Below are positions 17,130 to 26,418 of a stretch of DNA of 64,000 bases, in pieces. The notes below the pieces were generated by a model that saw only the letters and a program-made list of their open reading frames with translations, ran no database searches and was not told the origin of the DNA. The translations under genes were made by a program, and so were the position numbers. This stretch comes from Candidatus Daviesbacteria bacterium. Its GTDB lineage: Bacteria > Patescibacteriota > Microgenomatia > Daviesbacterales > UBA10151. The stretch covers positions 172 through 64,171 of the forward strand of contig JACQIX010000010.1 in assembly GCA_016198275.1 (NCBI GenBank), written 5' to 3'. The number at the start of each line of letters is the position of its first letter. Position 1 is the stretch's first letter.

Positions 17130-19018
17130 GCTTGAGAGTACAAGAAAATGTTATAACATATAATAGCTTCATGACATCCAAGGATATTAGAGATAAATTC
17201 ATTAGATTTTTTGTCGGCAAAGGACATAAAGAAATTGCCCCAGCCAAACTTGTGCCGGAAAATGATCCATCCACCCTTTTTACCTCCTCAGGTATGCAGC
17301 CTTTGGTTCCGTATCTGTTAGGTCAACTTCATTCGGAGGGGAAAAGATTAGTAGATTCTCAACCAAGCTTTAGAGCAGAAGATATTGAAGAAGTTGGGGA
17401 TAATCGCCACACCACTTTTTTTGAAATGCTTGGTAATTGGTCGCTGAATGATTATTTTAAAAAAGAACAGCTTTCCTGGTCTTGGGAATTTTTAACTAAA
17501 AAATTAGGATTAGATAAAGAAAAATTATATGTATCTGTATTTGGAGGAAACGATTCGGTTCCAAAAGATCTGGAATCATTTGAAATATGGAAAAGTTTGG
17601 GAGTTACCCAGGATCATATTTTCTTTTACGGAGTGGAGAAAAATTGGTGGTCAAGGTCCGGCCCGCCAGATAAGATGCCTGAGGGAGAGATTGGTGGTCC
17701 AGATTCCGAAGTATTTTATGATTTTGGTACTCCGCATGATGAAAAGTATGGCAGCAATTGTCATCCAAATTGCGACTGCGGCAGATTCTTAGAAATTGGC
17801 AATTCTGTTTTTATTCAGTATCAAAAAACAACAGGATCTTTAAAAGAATTTTCTCAAAGAAATGTGGATTTTGGGGGAGGGTTGGAAAGATTAACAGCTG
17901 CCGTTAATAACACCTCAGATATTTTTGAAACTGATCTATATAAACCAATTATTGATGCGATCGTACAACTAATTGGTAAAGAATATGAAGCAGATAACAA
18001 ACCTGCCATGCAGGTAATAGCTGACCATATGAAAACAGCTACGTTTTTAATCAAAGACGGCGTGGTTCCTTCAAATAAATTACAGGGGTATGTTCTAAGA
18101 AGATTACTCCGCCGTTCTGCGACTAAATTCTACCAGCTAACCAAAAACATGAAATTTCTAGCAGAAATGATCGAGGTATACAATGCAATTTTATCTATTT
18201 ATGATGGTTTATACGGAATCGAGAAAAGAGAAACAAGTGATATTAACTTGTTAGAAGAAAATTATAAGGTTATTTTTGATGAAATGAATAGATTTGGAAA
18301 AACTTTATCAGCAGGTTTCCATAAAATAGATAGAATGGAACAGATTGATGGTAAAGAGGCATTTGACTTATATCAAACATTCGGGTTTCCTTATGAGGTA
18401 ACTGAAGAGCTGTTTAGGTTAAAAGGACAAGAGATTAATAAAGAACAATTCAGAGTGGAGTTTGAAAAGCATAGAGAATTGTCCAGAACTGCATCTTCTG
18501 GTATGTTTAAAGGAGGTTTGGCTGACCATTCTGAAACAGTCATCAAATATCATACAGCTACCCACCTACTCCACCAGGCTTTAAGAGATATACTGGGGCC
18601 CACAGTTTTTCAAAAAGGGTCTAATATAACTCACGAGAGATTGAGGTTTGACTTTTCTTATGATAAAAAAATGACTGATGAGGAAATTAAAAAAACCGAA
18701 AAAATTGTCAATGAAAAGATTGAGGAGGATTTAAAAGTTGATCATCTGATCATACCGCTCAGTAAAGCAAAAGAATTGAATGCAATAGGGTTATTTGATG
18801 AAAAGTATGCTGATCAAGTTTCAATCTATGGTATAGGACCAAAGTACCAACTTAATCCGAAGGCAAAAGATAGAAGAAGTCGGAGAGGTTATTATTCTTT
18901 GGAATTTTGTGGAGGCCCTCATGTTGAGCATACCGCAGTAATCGGGAAAATTAAAATTGTGAAAGAAGAAGCAATATCTTGGGGAATCCGCCGTATCCGA
19001 GCGATATTAAAGTCATAA
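17126..19018 (+). CDS. alaS: Alanine--tRNA ligase, short form lacking C-Ala domain
   Basis: 630 aa. Class II motifs (FIRFFVGKGHKEIAPAKLVP..DPSTLFTSSGMQP). Editing-domain HxxxH (HTATHLLHQALR) and CGGPHV. Confidence 0.85.
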   Translation: MSLRVQENVITYNSFMTSKDIRDKFIRFFVGKGHKEIAPAKLVPENDPSTLFTSSGMQPLVPYLLGQLHSEGKRLVDSQPSFRAEDIEEVGDNRHTTFFEMLGNWSLNDYFKKEQLSWSWEFLTKKLGLDKEKLYVSVFGGNDSVPKDLESFEIWKSLGVTQDHIFFYGVEKNWWSRSGPPDKMPEGEIGGPDSEVFYDFGTPHDEKYGSNCHPNCDCGRFLEIGNSVFIQYQKTTGSLKEFSQRNVDFGGGLERLTAAVNNTSDIFETDLYKPIIDAIVQLIGKEYEADNKPAMQVIADHMKTATFLIKDGVVPSNKLQGYVLRRLLRRSATKFYQLTKNMKFLAEMIEVYNAILSIYDGLYGIEKRETSDINLLEENYKVIFDEMNRFGKTLSAGFHKIDRMEQIDGKEAFDLYQTFGFPYEVTEELFRLKGQEINKEQFRVEFEKHRELSRTASSGMFKGGLADHSETVIKYHTATHLLHQALRDILGPTVFQKGSNITHERLRFDFSYDKKMTDEEIKKTEKIVNEKIEEDLKVDHLIIPLSKAKELNAIGLFDEKYADQVSIYGIGPKYQLNPKAKDRRSRRGYYSLEFCGGPHVEHTAVIGKIKIVKEEAISWGIRRIRAILKS

Positions 19019-19055
19019 GGAATGACAGGGTAGATACTGGTGTGTTAAGATAAAT

Positions 19056-19083
19056 TTGACAGGCCTAATCCTCAGGCTAAAAT
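19056..19083 (+). promoter_or_regulatory. Putative sigma70 promoter (-35 TTGACA, 16-nt spacer, -10 TAAAAT)
   Basis: TTGACA 19056-19061, TAAAAT 19078-19083. Upstream of the 740-aa membrane protein gene. Confidence 0.45.
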
Positions 19084-19087
19084 TTAC

Positions 19088-21310
19088 ATGATTAGTCTTT
19101 CCAAAATTACCTCATTTATTTCATTTGGCAAAAAGCCAAAAGTCTTGGAATATTATTTTGCTCTTAATATTGGAGTGGAGAAATTAACTTCAGGGCTTTG
19201 GACTATTGAAAATAATCAGCTGGAGATTTTACAAACAGCTGCTCAAAATTATGGTTCAACTGAAGAAATTTTTAAAGTAACAGATAAATTGTTGGACCAA
19301 GTTTTAGGCTTAAGAGAGATTGAACCGCAAAAAATTCTTTTCGGTGTGCCGGATTCCTGGATTTTGGATGATAACTTAAAAGATGAGAACCTGAAGATTT
19401 TGCGAAAACTGGTTAAAGAGTTGGAGCTTACTCCAATGGCTTATGTGGCAGATAGTCAGGCTATAGTTCACTTCTTGGAGAAAATGGAAGGAGTACCCCC
19501 AACTGCCATTTTGGTTGGTTTTGACAAGCATCATTTAATAGTCAGTGTAGTTAGAGCAGGGAAGCTGGATGGAGTCAGAGTTGTTACTAGAGGTGAAAAT
19601 TCCAGCTCTGATATAGAAAAAGCACTGCTGACATTTACTGACATAGAAACTCTGCCTTCTAAGATATTGATCCATGGGGAGTCAGCTGCGGGATTAAGAA
19701 ATCAATTGCTCTCTTTTTCTTGGATGGTGAAATTGAGTTTTCTGCACTTTCCCAAAATAGATGTTTTGGCAGAGGATTTAGAAATTAAAAGTGTTTGTTT
19801 GGCCGGGGCATCAGAAATAAACGAGAATATCAAATTTACCGACACTGCCATTGAGAAATCTACGCCTTCCCAACCCCTGGAATCTACTGAATCTAATTCC
19901 TCCGATACATCAAAAATTGATGAATCCAATTTTGGATTTGTGACAGGAGATATTTCGGATCAAATCAAAAAAGAGGAAGTATTAATACCGGAGGTTGAAG
20001 CTGAAGCTGAGGAGCTGACTTTGTCGGAAGAATCCAATCTTGAAGAATCTAATATTTTAGAAACAACTGACTTTGAATCTCATACAGTTGAGAGACCTTT
20101 AGTAAAAGAGCAGCTAAAGGAGAGGTTTACTAGAAACCTTAATTTGGCAGTTATAAAAAAATATTTGCCCAAGTGGTCAGTCAAATTGCCAATTATTTTA
20201 GGGGGTTTTGGTCTAATTTTAGCACTTCTGGCAGGATATATCTTAATACCTAAAGCAGAAGTTAAGATCTTTGTTGAACCGAGGATTTTGGAAAAAGATG
20301 CTCAAGTTACTGCTGATCCAAACCAAAAAACTGTTTTGGAAGATACCAAAGTTATACCTGGCCAAATAGTGGAAACTGAGGTTGCAGGCAATCTGAAAGA
20401 TACTGCAACCGGTAAAAAACAGGTAGGTGAGAGCGCTAAAGGGACAGTAGTAGTTTATAATAAAACCTTTGAGGCAAAATCATTAAGCAAAGGGACAGTA
20501 TTAACCTCAAACAATGGTTTGAAGTTTGCCCTGGACACTACGGTCAATATTGCTTCCCAATCAGCCACAGATAGCGGCATTACTTTTGGTAAAGCTAATA
20601 TTACAGTTACAGCCTCTGCGATTGGGGCTGATAGCAATTTAGCCTCTTCCTCGGAGTTAACTATTAACGGTTTTTCCTCGTCACAACTTCTAGCTAAGGC
20701 CGAAGGTAATTTTTCCGGGGGGACTTCCAAAGAAGTAACCGTAGTTTCGTCCGAGGACGCTCAAAGGCTACTGGCTAAACTGTCATCTGATTTAAGGTTG
20801 CAAGCTCAACAAAAGTTACAAGGACAACTTGCTGATAAAAAGATTTTGGCAGAGGCTTTATCCGAAAATATTATCAAAAAAAGTTACAATAAAAATATCA
20901 ATGACCAGGCTAATGAATTTTCCCTAAATCTGACTATCCGCTACAAAGGCACAGCTTTTGAGGAAAAAGATTTACACTTAATTGTTTCCAAGCTTGTGAC
21001 TACCCAAGTTCCCGAAGGTTTCCAGTTTGATCTTTCTCAGACTGAAACCCAAGCAGATGTCTCTAAATTGGATCATGACGGCAAATTAATTTTTTTGGCC
21101 AGATTTAAAGCTAAGTTGATACCAAAAATTGATACTGAGAAAATTTTAAATCAGATTAGATTCAAAACCCCAGAAGAGGTTTTAAGCTTAGTCAAAAATA
21201 TGGATAATGTTTTAGGAGCAGATATTAAAATGATTCCGGATTTGCCAAAATTTTTTGCCAGGATGCCGATTCTTTCAAAAAATATCAAAATTGAAGTAGG
21301 ATTAAAATGA
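19088..21310 (+). CDS. Large bitopic membrane protein: cytoplasmic N-terminal region with weak FtsA/PilM-like (actin-fold) resemblance, central TM, large extracytoplasmic C-terminal domain
   Basis: 740 aa. TM at about residues 365-387 (LPIILGGFGLILALLAGYILI). N-terminal ALNIGVEKLTSGLW...ILVGFDKHHLIVSVV pattern is reminiscent of FtsA/PilM N-terminal strands (low confidence). Acidic linker. 3' end overlaps the sortase gene. Confidence 0.35.
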   Translation: MISLSKITSFISFGKKPKVLEYYFALNIGVEKLTSGLWTIENNQLEILQTAAQNYGSTEEIFKVTDKLLDQVLGLREIEPQKILFGVPDSWILDDNLKDENLKILRKLVKELELTPMAYVADSQAIVHFLEKMEGVPPTAILVGFDKHHLIVSVVRAGKLDGVRVVTRGENSSSDIEKALLTFTDIETLPSKILIHGESAAGLRNQLLSFSWMVKLSFLHFPKIDVLAEDLEIKSVCLAGASEINENIKFTDTAIEKSTPSQPLESTESNSSDTSKIDESNFGFVTGDISDQIKKEEVLIPEVEAEAEELTLSEESNLEESNILETTDFESHTVERPLVKEQLKERFTRNLNLAVIKKYLPKWSVKLPIILGGFGLILALLAGYILIPKAEVKIFVEPRILEKDAQVTADPNQKTVLEDTKVIPGQIVETEVAGNLKDTATGKKQVGESAKGTVVVYNKTFEAKSLSKGTVLTSNNGLKFALDTTVNIASQSATDSGITFGKANITVTASAIGADSNLASSSELTINGFSSSQLLAKAEGNFSGGTSKEVTVVSSEDAQRLLAKLSSDLRLQAQQKLQGQLADKKILAEALSENIIKKSYNKNINDQANEFSLNLTIRYKGTAFEEKDLHLIVSKLVTTQVPEGFQFDLSQTETQADVSKLDHDGKLIFLARFKAKLIPKIDTEKILNQIRFKTPEEVLSLVKNMDNVLGADIKMIPDLPKFFARMPILSKNIKIEVGLK

Positions 21311-21966
21311 TTACCGTCCTCAGGCGAACACCTGGTAAAGTTATTTCATTAGGATTTTTATCAATAGGGGTTTTTGTGCTGATGCAGGTAATCTTGCCAA
21401 TAACTTCATTTCAGATTTGGGACTTGCAGCAAAAAATAGCCAATCAAACATTGATTAGTCCAAAGCAAAAAATAGACAGACAAATTTTGGGAATTTCAGT
21501 TCAAAACAAAGATAATTTTCCTGCCTTTACTTCTTATTTAAAAAGGGAAACCCAACCTAATTACAGTCGTTTTGGTTTATCTGTTCCCAGACTTAGGATC
21601 GAAAAGACAGATGTGCTGGTAGATACTAATGATTTATCAAAAGGTTTGGTTCATCTTCCTGGATCTGCACTGCCTGGAGAGAAAGGTAATGTGTTTATAT
21701 CCGGTCATTCAGCTTTAAACCAATTTTTTTGGCAAAAAAACGCTGTTTTTGCCAAACTTGCTGATCTTAAGAAAGGAGATCAAATAATTGCGGAAACTTT
21801 GGGATCAAAATTTGTATATGAGGTTATTGATTTCAAAATAGTTGACCCGCAAGACTTATCAGTTATTATTCCGCCTGAAGATCGGGGTAGATATATCTCT
21901 TTGATGACTTGTGTTCCCCCTGGTTTAAACTTCAAAAGACTAATTGTTTTAGGTAAGATGCTTTGA
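21307..21966 (+). CDS. Sortase family transpeptidase
   Basis: 219 aa. N-terminal TM. Catalytic His context (FISGHSALNQ). LMTCVPPG catalytic Cys (TLxTC-like). Downstream Arg. Confidence 0.7.
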   Translation: MITVLRRTPGKVISLGFLSIGVFVLMQVILPITSFQIWDLQQKIANQTLISPKQKIDRQILGISVQNKDNFPAFTSYLKRETQPNYSRFGLSVPRLRIEKTDVLVDTNDLSKGLVHLPGSALPGEKGNVFISGHSALNQFFWQKNAVFAKLADLKKGDQIIAETLGSKFVYEVIDFKIVDPQDLSVIIPPEDRGRYISLMTCVPPGLNFKRLIVLGKML

Positions 21967-22337
21967 TGAAATATTTAGGAATAGATTTTGGGTTAAAAAG
22001 AGTCGGATTGGCAACTTCTGAAGGCACCATGGCTGCTCCTTGGAAAGTAATTACCGGTAAAAATTTTTTAGAATTGATAGACAAAATTTATACCCAAGCA
22101 TCAGATTTTGATAAAGTAGTGATTGGATTGCCACAAGGTAATATGGGGAAAAAGGTTAAACAGGCAATTAAAATTTTGCAAAGTAAAGGCTTGGATATTT
22201 TGGAAGCTGATGAAACTTTATCTACCAAAGAAGCAATCAGGCTGATGATAGAATTAAATATTCCTAAAAAGAAAAGAGTAGTCAGTGATGATTATTCTGC
22301 TGCCATTATTTTGCAAAAATATTTAGATTCGAAGTGA
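21963..22337 (+). CDS. ruvX: Putative pre-16S rRNA nuclease / Holliday junction resolvase-like YqgF (RuvX)
   Basis: 124 aa. N-terminus MMKYLGIDFGLKRVGLATSEG is typical of YqgF. Confidence 0.8.
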   Translation: MMKYLGIDFGLKRVGLATSEGTMAAPWKVITGKNFLELIDKIYTQASDFDKVVIGLPQGNMGKKVKQAIKILQSKGLDILEADETLSTKEAIRLMIELNIPKKKRVVSDDYSAAIILQKYLDSK

Positions 22338-23326
22338 AAAAAATAATTTGGTTAACTATTATTTCAATAGTCGCATTTTTTTTATTAAAAGGATGGTGGA
22401 GTTCCCAGCTTGCTGCCGTATCTTTGGATAAAAGCAGTCAAACATTTATTATTGCTAAAGGGGAAAGTCTGACTCAGATAGGGAACAAGTTAAAGAAGCA
22501 AAATCTGATCAGAAACTTATGGGCTTTTGTAATCTTTGGTAAGCAATCAGCGATGAGTGCAAAAATTCAAGCAGGCACTTTCAAAATAGCTGCTTCTTTT
22601 TCTGTCCCGGAGATTTTTAAGGTCATAACCGGTCAACCTGTAGCTTTCTGGGTGACTTTAATTGAGGGCTGGAGAGCAGAAGAAATGGCAGATGAGTTAA
22701 GTTTAAAGTTAAAAACGCAATCCTTCGATCCTGAGCGTAGTCTAAGGGCTCAGGACAAGAGTTCAATGTTTTTAAAATTGGCCAAGGAAGGGTATATGTT
22801 TCCTGATACTTACCTTTTTCCTCCTGATATTACCCAAGAACAAATTGTGCAAAAATTGCGGGAAACTTTTGATCAAAAGTATAAGGAGTTAAAACCTAAA
22901 TTTGCGTCTTTGGGATTAACTCAGGATGAGGCAGTGATTTTAGCATCCATCGTGGAACGGGAGGCCAGGTCAGAAGAAGTAAAGACTAGGGTAGCCAGTA
23001 TCTTATTAAAAAGATATAAAATAGGCATGGGTTTAAATGCTGATGCTACTGTCCAATATGCTTTGGGTTATCAACAGAAGGAGAAAAGCTGGTGGAAAAG
23101 GCATTTAAGCAAGGAGGATTTAAAAATTGATTCTGCCTATAATACTTATCTTCATGCAGGGTTACCCCCTACCCCGATCAGTAATCCCGGACTGGTATCC
23201 CTCAAAGCTGTTGCCAATGCAGATCCTAGTACCCCTTATCTTTATTATTATCATGATTCAAAAGGTAATTCTCACTATGCCAAAACCTTAGATGAACACA
23301 ACCAAAATGTGGCCAATAATCCATAA
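22334..23326 (+). CDS. mltG: Endolytic murein transglycosylase MltG (YceG family)
   Basis: 330 aa. N-terminal TM. YceG signature (SIVEREARSEEVKTRVASILLKR...GLPPTPISNPG). Confidence 0.8.
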   Translation: MKKIIWLTIISIVAFFLLKGWWSSQLAAVSLDKSSQTFIIAKGESLTQIGNKLKKQNLIRNLWAFVIFGKQSAMSAKIQAGTFKIAASFSVPEIFKVITGQPVAFWVTLIEGWRAEEMADELSLKLKTQSFDPERSLRAQDKSSMFLKLAKEGYMFPDTYLFPPDITQEQIVQKLRETFDQKYKELKPKFASLGLTQDEAVILASIVEREARSEEVKTRVASILLKRYKIGMGLNADATVQYALGYQQKEKSWWKRHLSKEDLKIDSAYNTYLHAGLPPTPISNPGLVSLKAVANADPSTPYLYYYHDSKGNSHYAKTLDEHNQNVANNP

Positions 23327-23341
23327 ACATTTTTTCTATTC

Positions 23342-23722
23342 ATGTATAAATTTTGGGGGAAGGTAAAAAAACATAGGCAAAGAGGGAAGGGATTGGGATT
23401 TCCCACAGCTAATATAAATTTAACAAAAAAAATTCCAGAAGGTATTTATATTTCCCAGGTAAGAATTAAAGCTAAAAAATATCCGTCGCTTACTTTTATT
23501 GGCAAAGTTAAAACTTTTAACGAAGATAAATATCAAGCAGAAGTTTATATTTTGGATTTTAATCAGGATATTTATCATCAGTGTATTTCAGTGAAATTGA
23601 TCAAAAAAATAAGAAGCAATCAAAAGTTTAATTCTTCCAAGGATTTAATTGCCCAGATGAAAAAAGATGAGCTGGATGCCAGAAAATACTTTGTTCGGTT
23701 ATTTTCTACTGCCAAACAATGA
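23342..23722 (+). CDS. Riboflavin kinase domain protein (monofunctional RibF C-terminal type)
   Basis: 126 aa. GKVKKHRQRGKGLGFPTANIN matches the riboflavin kinase G-x-V-x-x-G-x-x-x-G-x-x-LGFPTAN motif. Confidence 0.7.
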   Translation: MYKFWGKVKKHRQRGKGLGFPTANINLTKKIPEGIYISQVRIKAKKYPSLTFIGKVKTFNEDKYQAEVYILDFNQDIYHQCISVKLIKKIRSNQKFNSSKDLIAQMKKDELDARKYFVRLFSTAKQ

Positions 23723-25129
23723 TTGAAACCATAAAATAAAATTTCCAAATGTATTTTCAAACCAATTTTTTGGCTGCACTTTTTTTGATTCTGTGGCTGT
23801 ATTCTGAGTGGCAGATTGTGTTGGGGTAGGAGTTGGTGCAGGAGTTGGTGTTGTTGTAATTTTTGTAGGAAGTGGGGGTTGTGTAGTGGTCGGGATATTT
23901 GGTTGGTTGGTTGGTGAAACTGCGCTTGATGAACAATTTTGAGAGTATACCCCATTTCCTTCCAGAGAAGTACCTGATTTAAACTCATTAAAGTTGGAAT
24001 AGCGTTTTCCTCCCCATTTAATAAACCTACCAGTGTCTGAGGTATACATACAATCTTCGTCAAAACTTGATCCAGCTGGAGGTGAATCAGAAAATTCCAT
24101 CACATATCGGGAAACCACCAATACATTTTTCCGGGATACAATAGGACTTAAGCCTTTATTGGTCTGGGCAAATCCGTTGCCACCATTACTTGTTCCTGGA
24201 ATTCGACAATCGTTTGCCGTCAAATACGTCGTTCCATTTCCACCACGTCCTAATTTATAACATGCCAATTGTCCATGCACCCCTCTTTTGCCTGTATCTC
24301 CTTGAATGGTATTGTTTTCAATATTCAATGGACCGATTTTATTTGCAGCAAATGCGATTCCTATTCCGCATCCTTCAATACGGTTATTTTTAACCGTTAT
24401 ATTGACATCTCCGCCTTCAACTTGAATACCATCATCCCAACAGTCTTTGATAGTGTTGTTCTCAATAGTAGTATTTTTATCAAAGCTCCCTCGGTCAGAC
24501 CCTTCTTCTTCTCCTCCAATCCCATCATATCCGCCGGTGATAGTATTTCCTGAAATTGTATGTCCGCCACCGCTTGGGTTTTCATTATTGGATTTGAACC
24601 ATATTCCATTTCCTTTTCCAGCTTGATTTCCTGATATTTCAACACGTCGTGTAATAGTGTTATTGATAACTTTTATGTTCGATCCTCCATACCACGAGGC
24701 AACTCCAGCTGCAAAATTATCTCCACCATCTTGGCAATTAAAATCCTGAACCGTATTTCCCTCAATTGTGATATTTGAAGAAGACGTATTTCGGACTATT
24801 ATTCCTTGCTCATGGGTTTTTTTAACACCAATTCCTCTTATCGTCACATTGGAAGCAATAATTTGAATTCCGTATCGCTTACTACAATCTCCATCAATCC
24901 AGACAGCCCCGCTCCCTACCAAAGTTACTGGTTTTGAAATATCAACTTGCTCTTTATAGACTCCAGCATTGACTTGAACCGTATCTCCACTTTGTGCAGA
25001 TTGGATAGCTGAATTAATACTGCTTCCACTTAATACAGATACGGTCGCAGCAGAAACATTTGAAACAGACAAAAATAGAGAAGATAAAAAGAAACTAAAA
25101 ATAAAAAGCCGCTTCATAAATATAAACAC
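23699..25129 (-). CDS. Secreted right-handed parallel beta-helix repeat protein (pectate-lyase/NosD-like fold) with Pro/Thr-rich stalk and hydrophobic C-terminal tail
   Basis: 476 aa. Signal peptide (MKRLFIFSFFLSSLFLSVSNVSA). Repeated 22-25-aa units with I(E/N)NNTI/GNT motifs typical of PbH1 repeats. C-terminal PTPAPTPTPT linker then NWFENTFGNFILWFQSLFGSRK. Confidence 0.6.
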   Translation of the reverse strand: MFIFMKRLFIFSFFLSSLFLSVSNVSAATVSVLSGSSINSAIQSAQSGDTVQVNAGVYKEQVDISKPVTLVGSGAVWIDGDCSKRYGIQIIASNVTIRGIGVKKTHEQGIIVRNTSSSNITIEGNTVQDFNCQDGGDNFAAGVASWYGGSNIKVINNTITRRVEISGNQAGKGNGIWFKSNNENPSGGGHTISGNTITGGYDGIGGEEEGSDRGSFDKNTTIENNTIKDCWDDGIQVEGGDVNITVKNNRIEGCGIGIAFAANKIGPLNIENNTIQGDTGKRGVHGQLACYKLGRGGNGTTYLTANDCRIPGTSNGGNGFAQTNKGLSPIVSRKNVLVVSRYVMEFSDSPPAGSSFDEDCMYTSDTGRFIKWGGKRYSNFNEFKSGTSLEGNGVYSQNCSSSAVSPTNQPNIPTTTQPPLPTKITTTPTPAPTPTPTQSATQNTATESKKVQPKNWFENTFGNFILWFQSLFGSRK

Positions 25130-25197
25130 TAAACTATTTTTATTTAAAAAGTCAAATTATGTAACTTCAGCTTTTAATAATCTCTTCATTTTCTTTG

Positions 25198-26223
25198 CTA
25201 GGCAGCGTGTGGTAATTTATTTTGTGGAGTAAATGGATTGGGAATACATATTTTGCCAGCGGAGGTATCACCGAGCCCTGCATAAAGATCAACAGTCCCA
25301 TCACCATTATCCTTTAGTCCTCCCGGGTAAATAATGTTAACTTCATCAGGCCGTTTATTGGGAACAGATGGGAAGTCATCTCTTGTAGCAATAATATGCA
25401 TGTTTGTCGCTACCCGTGTCTCGGGATCCATGGTAAAAATCCCTGCATAGTAATTCTTTCCACCTGCGTCATCTAATTTTGCGATATGACATAAAATACC
25501 CAGTTGTCTGTCCGCAAGTACATGCGCTTCATTTGCTCCGCCCCATTCGCCATTGGTAAAGTGTAAACTAATGCGCTTTGCCTGGGTAATAGTAGCAGGT
25601 GATAAGTATTCAAGCGTGTCAATTTCCGTATAGCAAATTTGACCTTTAGCATAGTTTATGCCATTGACAACTCCTTGGGGTCTAGTAAAGACACCAATTT
25701 TCCCGTCAGGCAGCTCGACAAGCCGGATGCCTTTCATATGTTCTGGTCCTACAGCAAATCTTTCTAATGTGCTAAGTGTCCTTCCTTTATAAAATTCCAT
25801 TTGGTACCCAATTCCTCCAGTTGCTAAGGGATATGTTTTAACACCACCAAGCACGAGATCATAAGCGATTCTTGTTATAGTCGGATCTTGGAGAGTAAAT
25901 GTAGGCATTTCTGGATCTTCAACCCACACGTCGTGCTTTGATCTAAAAAATTTCGTTGTGGTCCTGTGTTCTTTATCCCGCGGTTCTGTTCTTACTGCAA
26001 TATACATATCGCCGCAATTGGTAAATGGCGCTGAAATATTATAGGCGTCATAAGGGCGATGATATTCATCAAAATCGCCTACCATCAGTCGTAATAATGC
26101 TCCTTGGGAGAGCGGTGGTCTTTTCTCATACGCCTTTAACATGGATGGAATATCTCCTGTTAGCGCAGCCTGGCGTGATTCGTGTGGTCTAGATGATAAA
26201 GATACTAACGATTCAGTCACCAT
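25198..26223 (-). CDS. Five-bladed beta-propeller glycoside hydrolase/phosphorylase-like protein (GH130/DUF1861-like), cytoplasmic
   Basis: 341 aa. No signal peptide. Segments resemble GH130-clan motifs: FTNCGDMYIAVRTEPRD; DPTITRIAYDLVLGG; EWGGANEAHVLADRQLGILCHIA. Local GC visibly higher than neighbouring genes. Confidence 0.35.
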   Translation of the reverse strand: MVTESLVSLSSRPHESRQAALTGDIPSMLKAYEKRPPLSQGALLRLMVGDFDEYHRPYDAYNISAPFTNCGDMYIAVRTEPRDKEHRTTTKFFRSKHDVWVEDPEMPTFTLQDPTITRIAYDLVLGGVKTYPLATGGIGYQMEFYKGRTLSTLERFAVGPEHMKGIRLVELPDGKIGVFTRPQGVVNGINYAKGQICYTEIDTLEYLSPATITQAKRISLHFTNGEWGGANEAHVLADRQLGILCHIAKLDDAGGKNYYAGIFTMDPETRVATNMHIIATRDDFPSVPNKRPDEVNIIYPGGLKDNGDGTVDLYAGLGDTSAGKICIPNPFTPQNKLPHAA

Positions 26224-26418
26224 ATAACAGGGATATTTAATGTAAATATTAATTATAATACAAACAAGGGGTAACAGTAATTTAGCCCTTGACGGATTGG
26301 TTATATTGTGATAAAGTTAATTTAGTTGAATAGAAAAATTTGGAGGCGTACGGGTACGTATGCTTCCTTTTGTTGACTCTGCCCATGACCGCTTAGCGGG
26401 TAAATAGGCCATCTACTA

